DNA of 62,995 nucleotides, filler included, from Stramenopiles sp. TOSAG23-2 (taxonomy: Eukaryota): the NCBI GenBank assembly GCA_900128395.1. It is 39 parts of 39 records of this genome, joined end to end, with 100 filler letters (N's around TTAATTAATTAA, not from the genome) between each part and the next. Parts side by side here need not be neighbours in the genome. Positions count along the whole stretch, not along the records: positions 1 to 1,220 come from LT653427.1; positions 1,321 to 2,539 come from LT653428.1; positions 2,640 to 3,856 come from LT653429.1; positions 3,957 to 5,173 come from LT653430.1; positions 5,274 to 6,489 come from LT653431.1; positions 6,590 to 7,805 come from LT653432.1; positions 7,906 to 9,121 come from LT653433.1; positions 9,222 to 10,437 come from LT653434.1; 31 more parts are not named here. One strand, written 5' to 3'. The position numbers and the translations under genes are program-made. Shown here in pieces: positions 1-13,242 of this stretch. The notes under the pieces were generated by a model. That model saw only the letters and a program-made list of their open reading frames with translations. It searched no databases and was not told the origin of the DNA. Every line of letters starts with the position of its first letter. Positions within the stretch are counted from its first letter, which is position 1.

Positions 1-2
1 AA

Positions 3-446
3 TTTTTAAAACATGATTATGAAAAAGTACATCGTTGTATTGAATTACATGGTACATATTATTATAAATGTTATGAAGAAGAAGAAGAGGATCGTAATGG
101 TAATGATGGACATGTTGTCGTTGATGATGATGAAGTATTAAATGATAAATTAGATAAAGGTTTATTTACATTACAAAAAGTCGATTTTATATTGGCTACA
201 TTATATGATGAAAATAGAGATGGATTAAGAAAATGCATTGTTACACAATTTGCAGAGCAAGGTTTTGAATTAGATGAAGTTAGTAAAACGTTGGAAGAAT
301 ATAGTAAGATATTGAATAGTAGTAGTGGTGTTGGAAGTAGTAATAACAATAATGATGATGTAGATGGTACAATTCAAAATAGTAATTCGATAACATTATT
401 TGATAAAATCAATAGTATCAACAAGACATGGAAAGCTGACGACTGA
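3..446 (+). CDS. CTNNBL1: Beta-catenin-like protein 1 (Prp19/CDC5L spliceosome complex), C-terminal fragment, 5' truncated
   Basis: Frame is open from base 3: FLKHDYEKVHRCIELH...KLDKGLFTLQKVDFILATL...TLEEY, matching the CTNNBL1 C-terminal motifs (D.EKv.R..ELH; LD.GLFTLQ). Confidence 0.8.
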   Translation, partial: FLKHDYEKVHRCIELHGTYYYKCYEEEEEDRNGNDGHVVVDDDEVLNDKLDKGLFTLQKVDFILATLYDENRDGLRKCIVTQFAEQGFELDEVSKTLEEYSKILNSSSGVGSSNNNNDDVDGTIQNSNSITLFDKINSINKTWKADD

Positions 447-683
447 AGAAGAAGGAAGAATATACTCATGTAGAAAGGAAGAAAAAAGGTGTTGTGTGTG
501 GGTGTATAAGAAAGTGAAAAAAGGTATTTTTTGACAGAGAATATACAATTGTAAAATGTTAATACGTTTTTAATTACCGCGCGTCTCATATGCATTTCAT
601 TTTCCCTGTCATCTTAGTCTTCTACACGTTATCTTGTTATCTTGTTTATACTAAATAATATGACACTCTCCCCCATGATTATT

Positions 684-1220
684 CTACGAGTCTTTACTTT
701 TTCCAATATTTAGTTCAATTAGTTTACGTAAATTATCTTCATTGGCACCAACAAGTTCATCGATTTTTTCACCATTTGCATAAAGTTGAAAGGTTGGCAT
801 CGCATTTACCTCTGCATCATGTGCTATGTCATCAAATTCATCTACATCTACTTGTAAAAATTCAGCATTATATTCTTTTGCAAATTGTTTAAAAGCAGGT
901 TTAATTTGTTGACATGGACCACACCAAGACGCAGTAAAATCAACGACAACAAGTGTTTTAGACGTTTTTAAAATCTCATGATATTTATCATCTGAATCAA
1001 TGACAACAACTTCCGTATAACGTTTTGTACCACGTAAATTCAATGCTTTTTTTGTTCCTTTAACATCTTTATTATCACTATTCTCTTTGTTCTTTTTAGT
1101 TACACTACTATAGTTAAAAAAATCAACTTTTTCACCTTTCAAATATGCATAACATTTTTGTAAAAACAACAATACAACTGGAAACAACCCCCATATTGGT
1201 ATGCATATTGGGCCTAGACA
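684..1220 (-). CDS. Thioredoxin with N-terminal hydrophobic extension, 5' truncated
   Basis: VVVDFTASWCGPC active site and AMPTF cis-Pro motif. Frame stays open to the contig edge (CLGPICIPIWGLFPVVLLFL...). Confidence 0.93.
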   Translation of the reverse strand, partial: CLGPICIPIWGLFPVVLLFLQKCYAYLKGEKVDFFNYSSVTKKNKENSDNKDVKGTKKALNLRGTKRYTEVVVIDSDDKYHEILKTSKTLVVVDFTASWCGPCQQIKPAFKQFAKEYNAEFLQVDVDEFDDIAHDAEVNAMPTFQLYANGEKIDELVGANEDNLRKLIELNIGKSKDS

Positions 1221-1320
1221 NNNNNNNNNNNNNNNNNNNNNNNNNNNNNNNNNNNNNNNNNNNNTTAATTAATTAANNNNNNNNNNNNNNNNNNNNNNNN
1301 NNNNNNNNNNNNNNNNNNNN
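1221..1320. other. Artificial contig-joining spacer N44-TTAATTAATTAA-N44 (first of 38; others start at about 2540, 3857, 5174 ... 47187, 52463, 57731)
   Basis: The same 100-bp N/six-frame-stop/N cassette recurs between contigs of steadily decreasing length. Confidence 0.98.
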
Positions 1321-1925
1321 TTGTTTGTTTTTAATCCTTCACCAATACTTTGTACATCAGTAATATTATTATTATTTAGGCGCAACCATTTTAATGTATT
1401 ATTTGTTTTTAATGCTTCACCAATACTTTGTACATCAGTAATATTATTATGACCTAGGTCCAATTCTGTTAATGTATTGTTTGTTTTTAATGCATCACCA
1501 ATACTTTGTACATCAGTAATATTATTATTACCTAGGTACAATTTCGTTAATGTATTGTTTGTTTTTAACAATTCACCAATAGCTATTGCATCCTCTTCTG
1601 TGAGATTCTTTCCCTTCAAATCCACTCTCGTCTCCCCATCAAATTCTTTTTCCCACTTATTATTGTTTCCAAAAACAAACACAAATATACCACCAAGTAC
1701 TGCTGCAACGCAAGTAGTGGCAATTTCAACCGTTTCATTCTCCGTTGTAATGATACCAGCTGAAAACAAATAATACATCCCATAACCAGCTGCAGATGCA
1801 CCAAGGGTAGTAAAAGTTAATTTCTTAAGATCTAACCCAAACATCAATTGGACGAAAGCAACAAACATTAATAATCCAACCATGATGCCTTGGTATTGTG
1901 TCATAATATCGTGTACAGTAGGCAT
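1321..1925 (-). CDS. Membrane-anchored RNI/NLRC3-like leucine-rich-repeat protein, 3' truncated
   Basis: Three N-terminal hydrophobic segments, then 26-aa repeats NNTLTxLxLGxNNITDVQSIGxALKT. Confidence 0.85.
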
Positions 1926-2639
1926 TGTATTGTTGTTGTTGTATAAGATGTATAAGTTGTATTATATATATGATGTTCTTCTGTGGAATATATTTAGTTA
2001 TTTCGTTCTTTGTCCCTCTCTATTAATACTATTACTAAAATCTTGGATGATGATTATATACATATAAATTTGGATAATAGGATAATATATAATATGCCAA
2101 CCAAACAATATAATAATAAAACACTATAACCGTAGATATAATTTAACACAATACTATATTTAACTATAACCATAAAAACGCTCTTTTATAAAATGTAATG
2201 TATGTGTCATACATGTGTATGTATTATGTATGTACATGTATATGCCTCTACACGTCTGTAGAAACGCATCTATATCCATTCATACACAATACCATGCATG
2301 CACATACCCATTATCAACTCTCACTCTCTCATCATTACGATAAGAGTAGAAAGCGTTTGGCACACTGTACCGGAAAGAAGCTATAAGTGAAATAAGGAGC
2401 TTAAAGGTGTGAGATATGGAGCTATTGCCTGTATTGGCTGCAAAACCTATTTCTTTTGTAGTCTAAGCATCGAAGAAACTTTGAAAAATATATAAATATT
2501 TTCCTAATATCTCCGTTTTTAATGAAAATATAGAAAATTNNNNNNNNNNNNNNNNNNNNNNNNNNNNNNNNNNNNNNNNNNNNTTAATTAATTAANNNNN
2601 NNNNNNNNNNNNNNNNNNNNNNNNNNNNNNNNNNNNNNN

Positions 2640-3800
2640 GTTTTTGAATACACTTGCATCAATTTTTGATTTACTAATCAAGCAATTAATATTACATATT
2701 TCACAACCGCTTTTTATTGATGGAAACGGAAATGTAATTAATGGCTTATAGACGTCATCGTGGCGTGTTAAATCTAACGTTCTTACTATGGTTTTATCCG
2801 TACAATCAGTGGGTGTAATAACAAATTCAAGTGCATCTTCTAAACTTTTTTTTGCTCCAAATACCATTTGAATTCTCATATTCGTGCCATTATTATCAAT
2901 AATTTTTTGGTTAATGACGACATTCAGGAGAACACGTTTTATAATACCTATCAAACTCGGTGCAACATTTTCAATTGGTAAATTTATTTGCATTATTTCC
3001 CCAAGAACAGCACCTATTTTATCTTTGCTTTCAAAAGCGATGCGAACATCCCATATTGTACATTTTAATCTTAAACCAATGCGAGTTTCATGATCAACAA
3101 GCGGAGAATACATTTCAAACGATATTGTTGGTTGAAAATATTTACGTATGGACTTTAACTTGAACTGGCTTACTGATGTGGATAATAATAATAATTTAGT
3201 GTTTGGTTGAAAGTTTCTCACTTGCATACTTTCTTTATGAAGAAATGCATCTGCATTAGCAACGTATTTTCTTTTTAAATTATTCATATCAGTATCATCT
3301 TCTTCAAATAAATTGTTGTATTGGTAATATGCATTGCAATCTTTACCAATAATAACAATTTGTTGATTATTAATATCTGAATGGTTTTTTAATAATGGGA
3401 AAAAAACTGCGTGCATCTCATTCATTTCTGAATCTTTTAATTGGGGAACATTTATCGATTTCTTCACTTGATTATCTTGTTCTACCTCAAGATGTACAGC
3501 TTCAGATGCTTTATCTTCTTGTTTTTCTTGTTCTTTTGCTAGTTTAGTTTTTTTCTCTTGTGCCTTCTCAAGCTGTACAACTTCAGATATATTACCTTTC
3601 TCAATACCGTGTTCTTCTTCTTCTCTGCCTCCTTCTTCAGGTTTTCTTACTTGATTTTCTTCATCCTTAGATGTCTTATCTTCTTCAATAATTTGCTCTT
3701 GTCCTTCAGGTTGTATTTGTAGCGGGTTGTGAACAAAAGTTTTTTCTTTAATATCAATTTTGATTTCTTTTTTACTTGCTAACTTGTTGTTGTTGGTCAT
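2640..3800 (-). CDS. Hypothetical protein (charged N-terminus, globular C-terminal region), 3' truncated
   Basis: Open frame of about 387 codons; no family recognised. Confidence 0.65.
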
Positions 3801-3957
3801 TTCAATTTCAACGTGTTTGTACGATATTGTTTGCGAGCCACTGTCCGAGATTATAGNNNNNNNNNNNNNNNNNNNNNNNNNNNNNNNNNNNNNNNNNNNN
3901 TTAATTAATTAANNNNNNNNNNNNNNNNNNNNNNNNNNNNNNNNNNNNNNNNNNNNG

Positions 3958-4077
3958 ATATTGGGTATCTTTACCATTTTCATGTTGGTATTATTAATTG
4001 GTTTAGTCTATTTTCCAGAACATGAATTAATGATTAATGCAAGAGAAATGGGAAAGGAATTCGGTATAGAATTGTAG
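3958..4077 (+). CDS. 3' end of a protein with a C-terminal transmembrane helix
   Basis: Open from the contig edge: ILGIFTIFMLVLLIGLVYFPEHELMINAREMGKEFGIEL*. Confidence 0.45.
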   Translation: MLGIFTIFMLVLLIGLVYFPEHELMINAREMGKEFGIEL

Positions 4078-4492
4078 AACAAGAAATGTGTGCGTTCGTA
4101 ACGCAAAACAAATCGTAGTGTTGTTGGGACGGAAAATTATATTATATATCTATATATTATGAGTATTATTATATAAAACTACTCTGTATACTTAGACCAG
4201 AGAGATTTCAACCAACAATATGTGGTAATGCATGAAATTGATACCAAGATATATAAAATAACACTACACACTATTGAGTTTTGCAATTCATATAATATTT
4301 CATCAAAATATATATATATTCACTAAAAAAGTGTTGGTCATACATATTTATCTAATTTTTAACAATAAAAGATATTATATATAAAAAGAGAAACGGTTTA
4401 CAGTGATACGTCGTTCTGCTGTACTATTTTTTTAGTTTGTCCTTCACAAGAATTAAATAATTTGAACACGTTTGCTATAAGCTATCCTGATA

Positions 4493-5173
4493 ATGAACGC
4501 TGCCGATGTCAATGCCATCTATCTTGCGGCAGCACGCCAAGTACCAACTGCTCGTATAATTCGTGCAGATACACATCCTCCCATGGTTGTTGACAGTGTA
4601 TCAGGATGGAGAATGGGTTACAATGAAAATCGAAATTTATATATTTACAAAAATATGTCTAACCCTAATTTGAGATATTGGCAATGCCCTACCCGTCGAC
4701 TAGCGTATGTATGGGAGATACATGAATTCAGAGCGAGAGAAAGGCTTTATTTTGATCCTACTGAAGACGAAAACAACGAGGAAAATAATGAGGAAGAAAA
4801 CAACGAGATTGAAGACGAAAACAACGAGGAAAATGCGAACGCAAACCAGATTGAACAGGATAATGATGAAATACAAGAGCGTCATCTAAATCCTGATTTG
4901 GCCATCATGATTGCTCAGTTTGCACAAAATGCTGAAGATGTTTTAGAAATGCGTGTTTTGCTGCGTAACGAGGGGCAAGCTGTTCTGCGCGTGCTCGATG
5001 AGATTTTGCAGGAGCGCAATTTTTTTAGAAGACAGTATGCAGAAGCGCTACAAAGACTAGCGCCTCAACAGCAGTTATGGGATAACCTTAGAGAAGTGGC
5101 AGCACAATTCAGATATGATCATGCGCGGCTTTTGGACTATACTCGTAACCGTATTGATAATGAGATTCTCCCT
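4493..5173 (+). CDS. Hypothetical protein with a WW-like motif, acidic linker and coiled coil, 3' truncated
   Basis: SGWRMGYNENRNLYIYKN...YWQCP resembles the WW consensus (GW...YY.N...W..P). Confidence 0.55.
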
Positions 5174-5802
5174 NNNNNNNNNNNNNNNNNNNNNNNNNNN
5201 NNNNNNNNNNNNNNNNNTTAATTAATTAANNNNNNNNNNNNNNNNNNNNNNNNNNNNNNNNNNNNNNNNNNNNCAAACAATTCAACATATGAATTATGAA
5301 TAAAATGTGACGGATTAGGATGTAAAAGCACTCTAATAACTAAAAGTATCCATATAAATAATAAATGTATCCATATAATCAATTTTTTCCGAAATAAAAA
5401 TTATATTAATGCTATTTTGCTGCTAACCAACTGGTCACAGAACAGATCAAAATAAACACAACACATCATCAGAACACTATATTCTTATTTAATACCAGAT
5501 TGTACTCTGTATTTATTTCAAATTATATTTAAATTACATACTGTACACGTGTTGTTTCCTTTTTTTGAAAGTATATAAGTATAGCTGCCAGTAGCCAGTA
5601 GCACTGCTGTGTGTATACAGTGTGTCCAAGCGAATTTTATATTCATACATATTTGTAAATACGTCGAATAGCTACTAATTATGAATAACAGATATATACA
5701 AGGCGCTTTGTATCGTATTATATATATTAAAGTAAGAGATATTCTTCCTTCTTCTTCTTTACTCTCATCAAGAGGAATCACGAAGAGTATCAGTGCGAAA
5801 GT

Positions 5803-6069
5803 ATGAAGCAGCATATATTGGGACGTGTTGTATCACCAGATAATAGTGGTAATAGTAATGTAAGGAATATAAATGGCACTATGTATAATAATATTAATAA
5901 TTATATGAATAACTTTAATTATGCGAACGGAATGCGATTAAATGCAGCTACAGTGGCCACTGTTGCTCATAACCCTAACAGGTTTACGACTGGTATTATG
6001 ACACAGATAAATCCCACAAATCCCTTTGTTGCATCTACATTTGTTGAAAAATATAACAATATGATGAGC

Positions 6070-6105
<36 letters not shown>

Positions 6106-6489
6106 TACAACCCGAGTGTTATGAATATAGTTACACCAGTTGGTATGTCTAATATAAGAATTGCAAGCCAACCAAATCGACAGCCAATATTTGTTGCAGT
6201 TTTGAAGGCTCGCTCAAGCTCTAGGGACGCAAATCAAAGCGAATACAAGATTAAATGGCAAGATCCAATAACTTTGAAATATTGTGAGAGATGGGAGAGT
6301 TTTCCTTATTTATCATCCTTAGGACTTATTCATCATTTAAAACAATTTGACCAAGCTCAGCAAATGCCTAATGGAAACAGTAGTAATAACAAAAATAAGG
6401 TGTTGATTGATAGCGAGGATAGTATTAACGAATCCAGTATACGTAGTAGTAGCAGTATGAATAGTTCACTTACAAGAAACATTAATCAA
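5803..6489 (+). CDS. Asn-rich hypothetical protein with a possible chromodomain-like motif, 3' truncated
   Basis: Long ORF with poly-Asn; SEYKIKWQD...ERWES resembles chromodomain YlvKW...tWE. Confidence 0.5.
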
Positions 6490-7238
6490 NNNNNNNNNNN
6501 NNNNNNNNNNNNNNNNNNNNNNNNNNNNNNNNNTTAATTAATTAANNNNNNNNNNNNNNNNNNNNNNNNNNNNNNNNNNNNNNNNNNNNCATTCGTCGCC
6601 GTCGACGATGCCGTTGCCCCCGTCGTTGCACCTGTCAGTGCAGAAAAAAATCCAGACATATTGTTCGGTTAGTCTATATATGTATTTTAATGTGGTTGAA
6701 TATTTTATGATGATATATGCATCAAATGAATGCATCTATGACATCTAATTGTATATTATTTATTTATTTAAATTTAAATCTATATATTATTATTAATAAA
6801 ATGATGTGCAACAACAATAATAAAAATCAAAAAAATTAATAAAATAATACTACTTCTTGATACAAGATAAGGTTTGGATGCTATATATATAGTAATTAGT
6901 AATGGTATGTTACTTGGTAGTAGATAGAATACCATTACGATGCTGTGTAGTGTATATAACCTCAACTTAAGGTGTTTAAATCAGGTGGTGATGAGCTATA
7001 GAAAAAGGATCTATAATACGTTTTACGGGCTGCATTTTGTTGTTGTGTTGCATCATCAGCCGCCTTTTTGTCATATATTATATTATATATAGACATTTAT
7101 TATCTATATAAATATGGTCATTCAATTTATTGATTGATTCGAATCAATCCTATATACCATCATCGAATGCATACATCATATATATATATATATACCTTTA
7201 TGCTGCATTAGTATATAGTAAAAGTGTTCATCAACAAC

Positions 7239-7511
7239 ATGAGTGAAGGTAAAAAAGAAAGCAAATCGGGGAAAGAGGTAGAGCAAACTATTAATTTTGT
7301 ACCGACACATCCAACACTCGTCAATATCCATCCTACGTTAAAAGATGCTATTGCAAAATTATTAAGAAAAGTGGAGAGTGGTGGATTTTTAGAAGGTGAT
7401 GATGTTGTATTCAATGATAGATGTGGTGAGCCATTCAATCCTTTATTATATATTGCTAGATACTTACACCGACATAATCCAAATCAACAAGAGAAGTTTT
7501 CAAAAAAGTAA
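7239..7511 (+). CDS. Small Dpy-30/RIIa-like dimerisation-domain protein
   Basis: ATG at 7239; IHPTLKDAIAKLL...FNPLLYIARYLHRHNP fits the Dpy-30-type motif. Confidence 0.65.
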   Translation: MSEGKKESKSGKEVEQTINFVPTHPTLVNIHPTLKDAIAKLLRKVESGGFLEGDDVVFNDRCGEPFNPLLYIARYLHRHNPNQQEKFSKK

Positions 7512-8366
7512 AATACAAAATAAATGTGTATTGCGACTATTAATCTGCTGTAATATGTTTTACACGCGGGGGAGAAATTTTTTAAAAAAATGTGTGTTAT
7601 ATTTGCACAGTAGAAAATGTAGAATAAAATAAAAATTTTACATTTAAAAAATATTACACTGCCAGACTGAGATGTGCATATATGGTGGTACGAAGTAAAA
7701 AATAATTTTTTTTTCTTTTTATGAAATATTGTTTTTTTTTTGACAAAACACCGCATGATGCACACAGTCTCGCTCTCTTCTCTCTCTCTCTTTTACACAA
7801 CACACNNNNNNNNNNNNNNNNNNNNNNNNNNNNNNNNNNNNNNNNNNNNTTAATTAATTAANNNNNNNNNNNNNNNNNNNNNNNNNNNNNNNNNNNNNNN
7901 NNNNNTGTATATATATACAAATGAGATTTAAATGATGTTGGGTACATTAACTCACAGACGACTGTGAATGTATATAATTTTGATGAAGAAAGAAATATAT
8001 ATTGTTGTTTTGTGTTTTTTGTTTTGTTGTTTTGTTACAATGTAAGGTACAATAATTATTATAGTTTCAACTTTATTTAAATAGGAAAATGTCGTATTTA
8101 ATAGTATAAAAATAGGGAACTAAGTACAAATTGTTTTTATAATCTGGCATTACTATACACATTTTACCAGGATTACGATCAACTCTTTTTCTCTCCGATT
8201 TTCTTTTCCATTTTTTCTTTTTAATCATTTCTCTGTCTCGTTTTCTAGCTCTTTTTCATATTTCTTACATCTTTCAAAAATGATGTATACATATATAATA
8301 TATATTATATATAGATTTTAACCAATATATATATATGACATTTTTATTTTTTGTGTGGGGAAAAAA

Positions 8367-9119
8367 TTATGCCGATGGTTGAGATACAGCTGCTAATAAT
8401 GACCATCCTGGAATTACTACTTTATTAAATGCATCCATGGTTACAGTACCATCCTCACCAGCAATTTCTGCTGCTTTTTTTTCATTTAATGAACCATTTG
8501 ATAATGCAATAGCTGTTGGTTGATCAACTGCAATAAATTTGCCATCTTCGCCTTTTGGCCATGGGCATCCACGTGGATTTTTAGTGTTAAATGCTGCTTG
8601 GAAATCAACATCTTTTTGGTCCATCTTTGCTAACATATCCATCATGCCAAATTGTTTAATTTGCACACGGAAATTATTCATGGAAGAGATCCACCAGTAC
8701 CGTTTACGTTTTTCTGATTCTGGTAAATGTGCATATGAAATTGCACCACTACCAACACCACCTTCTTTAATACATGCACCTAATCCACCATCATGATCCA
8801 TTGTACCTGCTTGCCAGATAGCAGCACCCATTGCAACGTAATAGGTGTATAAAACCATTGTCATGGTGATGTACTCACTTCTGAATTTTTCATAGGTCAA
8901 ATCTTTGTATTTCGTCGTTTTCGTCATGAAAAGATCGTAAAACATTTTTAACACTTCCTCGGTATTCTCAGTGTACACTTCTGGTAAGACGGAACCACTT
9001 GTCATCAAATATGCAAGGTCGCTAGCAATTGGGCCTTGGAAACACAATTGGAAATCGATTGCATACCATTTGGTTGGATCTTGCTTATCAAAAAATAAAT
9101 TATCACCACGTAAATCACC
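8367..9119 (-). CDS. APH/choline-kinase-like (EcKL-type) phosphotransferase, 5' truncated
   Basis: (H)GDLRGDNLFF Brenner motif, then IDFQ and GPIASDLAYL. Confidence 0.85.
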   Translation of the reverse strand, partial: GDLRGDNLFFDKQDPTKWYAIDFQLCFQGPIASDLAYLMTSGSVLPEVYTENTEEVLKMFYDLFMTKTTKYKDLTYEKFRSEYITMTMVLYTYYVAMGAAIWQAGTMDHDGGLGACIKEGGVGSGAISYAHLPESEKRKRYWWISSMNNFRVQIKQFGMMDMLAKMDQKDVDFQAAFNTKNPRGCPWPKGEDGKFIAVDQPTAIALSNGSLNEKKAAEIAGEDGTVTMDAFNKVVIPGWSLLAAVSQPSA

Positions 9120-9545
9120 ATNNNNNNNNNNNNNNNNNNNNNNNNNNNNNNNNNNNNNNNNNNNNTTAATTAATTAANNNNNNNNNNNNNNNNNNNNNNN
9201 NNNNNNNNNNNNNNNNNNNNNAAAACGTTTCCACTTTTGCATTGTTGCTGCTCGTCTTGATATGCCACAAAATGATATTGATTCTTAATTCTTCACTCTT
9301 AATTTATATGTTTCTTTCTTTAGTATATGTTTTGTCTTATTACATCACAATGCAAACATACAGGATTATATATGGATCATGTGTATTTGTATGTATTAAT
9401 CCTTCTCATTTTTTACGTATATATACTACTAATTCATTTTTTTCGTCCCGCACCTCATGAAATCATTTGCACCATCATTTGCACCTTAACCTGCTTTTGC
9501 CACAAGCGGCTCTTCTTTTTCTTCTTGTTGCATTTTTTTGCATTG

Positions 9546-9651
9546 AGATAAAAATGATTATAAAGATAAAAATGATTATACAAGATAAAAATGATTATAA
9601 AGATAAAAATGATCATAAAGATAAAAATGATATTATAAGATAAAAATAATT
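9546..9651. repeat. Minisatellite, about 6 copies of an 18-19 bp unit (AGATAAAAATGATTATAA)
   Basis: Tandem copies read directly. Confidence 0.85.
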
Positions 9652-11237
9652 ATTGAAGAATATTAATTTTAATTCCACATCTTGTGTCAATTCTCTTTTT
9701 TCATCACCTCTTCTTTTGTTCTTTTCTCATATATAAAGTTTTCACTTTAGATTTCTTCTCTCCATCATCAAATTTAATATCATACCAATCAAGGCGAGTA
9801 ATAAATAAATGTAGTACGTACAAAATATTATTACACTGGAATTTTGTTTGATTATTAAAAAGATTAAACGTTAATATAATAATGTATACATAAATATGTA
9901 CATATGTATTATTACTTACTCTTATTTAACTTATTTCATGAATTGAATAACGTGGTGCAACGTAATAAAACTTTTGTTAACGTTCTTCAGTTCAGAGCGG
10001 AGGAGATGGGGAGGTGAACATAGGGGCCGAAACGAAAGTGGTGGAAGAATGCAAAAAGAAGAAATTAAAAAAAATAAATTTAAGGAAATTTCGAAAATAT
10101 ATTACTGTATAGAGTGTTTGTATTATTGTATATATATTTAAATAAATATTTATATTTTGTACGAATTTTAAACCCGCGCATAATAATGCTTCGTAGTATT
10201 TTTTAACTCCCTCCCACATGGCACATCTGTTTTTAATCAAAAGAATGTTTATAATTCTCTCCTTTATTCTCTAATTATCTAAATTTTTTTCTCTGTCCTA
10301 TTTTTTAATATTAGTACTCAACACATCATAAAATAATATTTAATATTTTTTTTTATCACATGATGTGGTGTGTATATATATAAAAATTTTTTTTTAACCC
10401 CATATGAGCGCATGGATCGCGAATAACACAAATAAAANNNNNNNNNNNNNNNNNNNNNNNNNNNNNNNNNNNNNNNNNNNNTTAATTAATTAANNNNNNN
10501 NNNNNNNNNNNNNNNNNNNNNNNNNNNNNNNNNNNNNATCATATATATATATATATATATATATTTTAGTATAATTTCGCAATATAATGATAGATTAATT
10601 ATATATAATATCTATAACTATATGTATATGATACAACTTATACACAAACAGAAATGAATTCACTGTTTTAAATATAATTTTCAAGATAAATAAAACCGAA
10701 GCAATAATAATATACGACTGATACAGTACAACAATCTCTCTCTCTCTTCCACTCTTCTATATGTACATCACAAATGTCGGTAGAGATGACGACTCTTTCC
10801 AATTGAGTGGACTATTTAATAATTATAGCCCTCCACAATTTAATGGCAACATTAAAAATATAAAATTATTATTGTGTATGACCTTGTTGTAATTATAAAC
10901 AGTTTTATATTATGCAATATTATGGTAGTGTTACAGTTACGTTTATATATATAAATGACAATATATGTACCCCCTACACTAACTCCTGTAATTTTGCGAA
11001 GTGGCGTCCCTCACTTTCAATCAAAGTTTGTCCATTTTACTTGATATTTAAAACATATTTCCGGGTATTAGTGAACTTATTTTAGTGCTCATATAGAATT
11101 ATGGTCATATAATAAATAATACAAAAACAAAATATTTTCCAATATGGAATCAAGATTTCAGCGATTATAAAAGAAGCGATTCTTCAGTGTAACAGGTGAC
11201 AGAGGAATTGATGAAAAAATACACCATTTTTTTGTAT

Positions 11238-11492
11238 TCTAATTCCACTTTCAAGTATGAATTATGTCATTTGATAGCATGATATATTATTTATGTGATA
11301 TTGTTCCAATAGTCTAATTCCACTTTCAAGTATGAATTACGTCGTTTGATAGTATGATATATTATTTATGTGATATTGTTTGGTAGTCTAATTCCACTTT
11401 CAAGTATAAATTATGTGTCATTTGATAGGTGAAAATTGAATGTAAGGTATTTTTTCTAATATGTACTCTAATTTCCCTATTTCAAGTATAAC
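11238..11492. repeat. Tandem repeat, 74-75 bp unit starting TCTAATTCCACTTTCAAGTAT
   Basis: Unit starts at 11238, 11313 and 11387, with a degenerate copy at about 11467. Confidence 0.85.
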
Positions 11493-12163
11493 ATATTGAT
11501 GTTTAACAAAGACATGTTTTTTTCATCATAAAAACACATTAAAAATGCACACATACATCACATTACACATGACATTAATGCACATGTAATGCACATGTCA
11601 GTTACCATCAAACATGTGTACAAAGTAAATCAGATCGTGCAGTGTCGATTGCATTCTTTTTTTTTTTTTTATCATCTGATGCTATATCAGAAAGTGTGTT
11701 ATATAATTGTTGAATAATTAGTAGTAGTAGTAGTATCGTTGTATTATTATTCNNNNNNNNNNNNNNNNNNNNNNNNNNNNNNNNNNNNNNNNNNNNTTAA
11801 TTAATTAANNNNNNNNNNNNNNNNNNNNNNNNNNNNNNNNNNNNNNNNNNNNAGATTTAGGCTGATTTTTTATTGAAAAAGACACTCAAAAAATGAGTTG
11901 TACATGTTCGATTGAGCTGCACGCAGGTTAAAATATGTATTTATATGTAAAATGAATATGCCCACTGTTATATATATAAAATATCCCCAGTTGGCTTCAG
12001 TCTTGCTATTTGTTGCATTTTTGACCCTGAAAAAACCTGCATTTTAGTGCTATTCCTATAGTAAGTCGAAATCCAATCGGGAAAATGCTTGTTGATAACT
12101 CAGTATGATTGAATCGTTCAAATTTAAATATATTCGTGCTCAGATGGGCAAATATATGTATTA

Positions 12164-12318
12164 TGAAGCTATTTGATGTGAAATTTGAAAAGCCTGTGGT
12201 TGAAAATATTTTTTTTTACAAAAGCATTTTCTGACTTCAGAGGTGAAGCTATTTGATGTGAAATTTGAAAAGCCTGTGGTTGAAAATATTTTTTTTTACA
12301 AAAGCATTTTCTGACTTC
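12164..12318. repeat. Direct duplication of 75 bp (period 80)
   Basis: TGAAGCTATTTGATGTG...CTGACTTC at 12164 and 12244. Confidence 0.9.
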
Positions 12319-13242
12319 TCAGCGATGCTGGGAAAAAATAGCATGGATATAGCACTAAGCGCTAGTTGCGCTGATTTGCGCTGATTTGCGCTGATGCAGG
12401 ATGCAGGTTGATAAGAAGAATATGATAGGAGTTATGATCATATTTATGTACAACAATATGTAGAGTGACATGAAAACAAGAATGCCTATCACCTATCAAT
12501 AAGCTTTTTTTATACCAACTATACTACAAGATGGATTTTGTCACATTTTTTAATTAAGTCAACCGAAAGAGCCGAAAAATACCAAGAATGCGGCTACTTT
12601 GAAGCCAAAAAACAAACTTTCTATCAAGAATTTGTAAAACCCCAGCATAAGAATATCACTGGAAAAGACAAGAATAGCATATAATTATCATTACATAAGG
12701 TATTTTAATCTGATTTTGCCGGGCCGGGAGAGCCCCGTTCGGGAGACTATATTGCAACTCCCCGGGATCCCGGGGACTGGGACACTAAATGTGTCGGGAC
12801 TGCCAGCTTAGTATGCTATATAGCTTTTACTATTTTTGTAATAGGTAAAAATTTATTGATTAGTAAGTGGTGTAATGCTGTGTTATGTATTATAATGCTA
12901 TGTTCATGTAATTTGGTGGTTTTTCTGTCTGTGAAATTTGGTGTAATGCTGTGTAGTGTATTATATGGCCACTTATACTTTATGTATACTAATTACTATT
13001 GATTACCTATACAATACGATGTAATGCTATGTCATGCTACTGGAAATAGTGAGACCCATTTTCTAATNNNNNNNNNNNNNNNNNNNNNNNNNNNNNNNNN
13101 NNNNNNNNNNNTTAATTAATTAANNNNNNNNNNNNNNNNNNNNNNNNNNNNNNNNNNNNNNNNNNNNTATATATATATTTAAATTGCGCCCTCCTCTAGA
13201 TAAAATATCCGTCATATTACGTACACACCCACACGTGAATAA

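Noticed and set aside
11238-11492. 74-75 bp repeats as a CRISPR array
   Set aside because: The whole unit is repeated, so there are no unique spacers. No cas genes are present and the context is eukaryotic.
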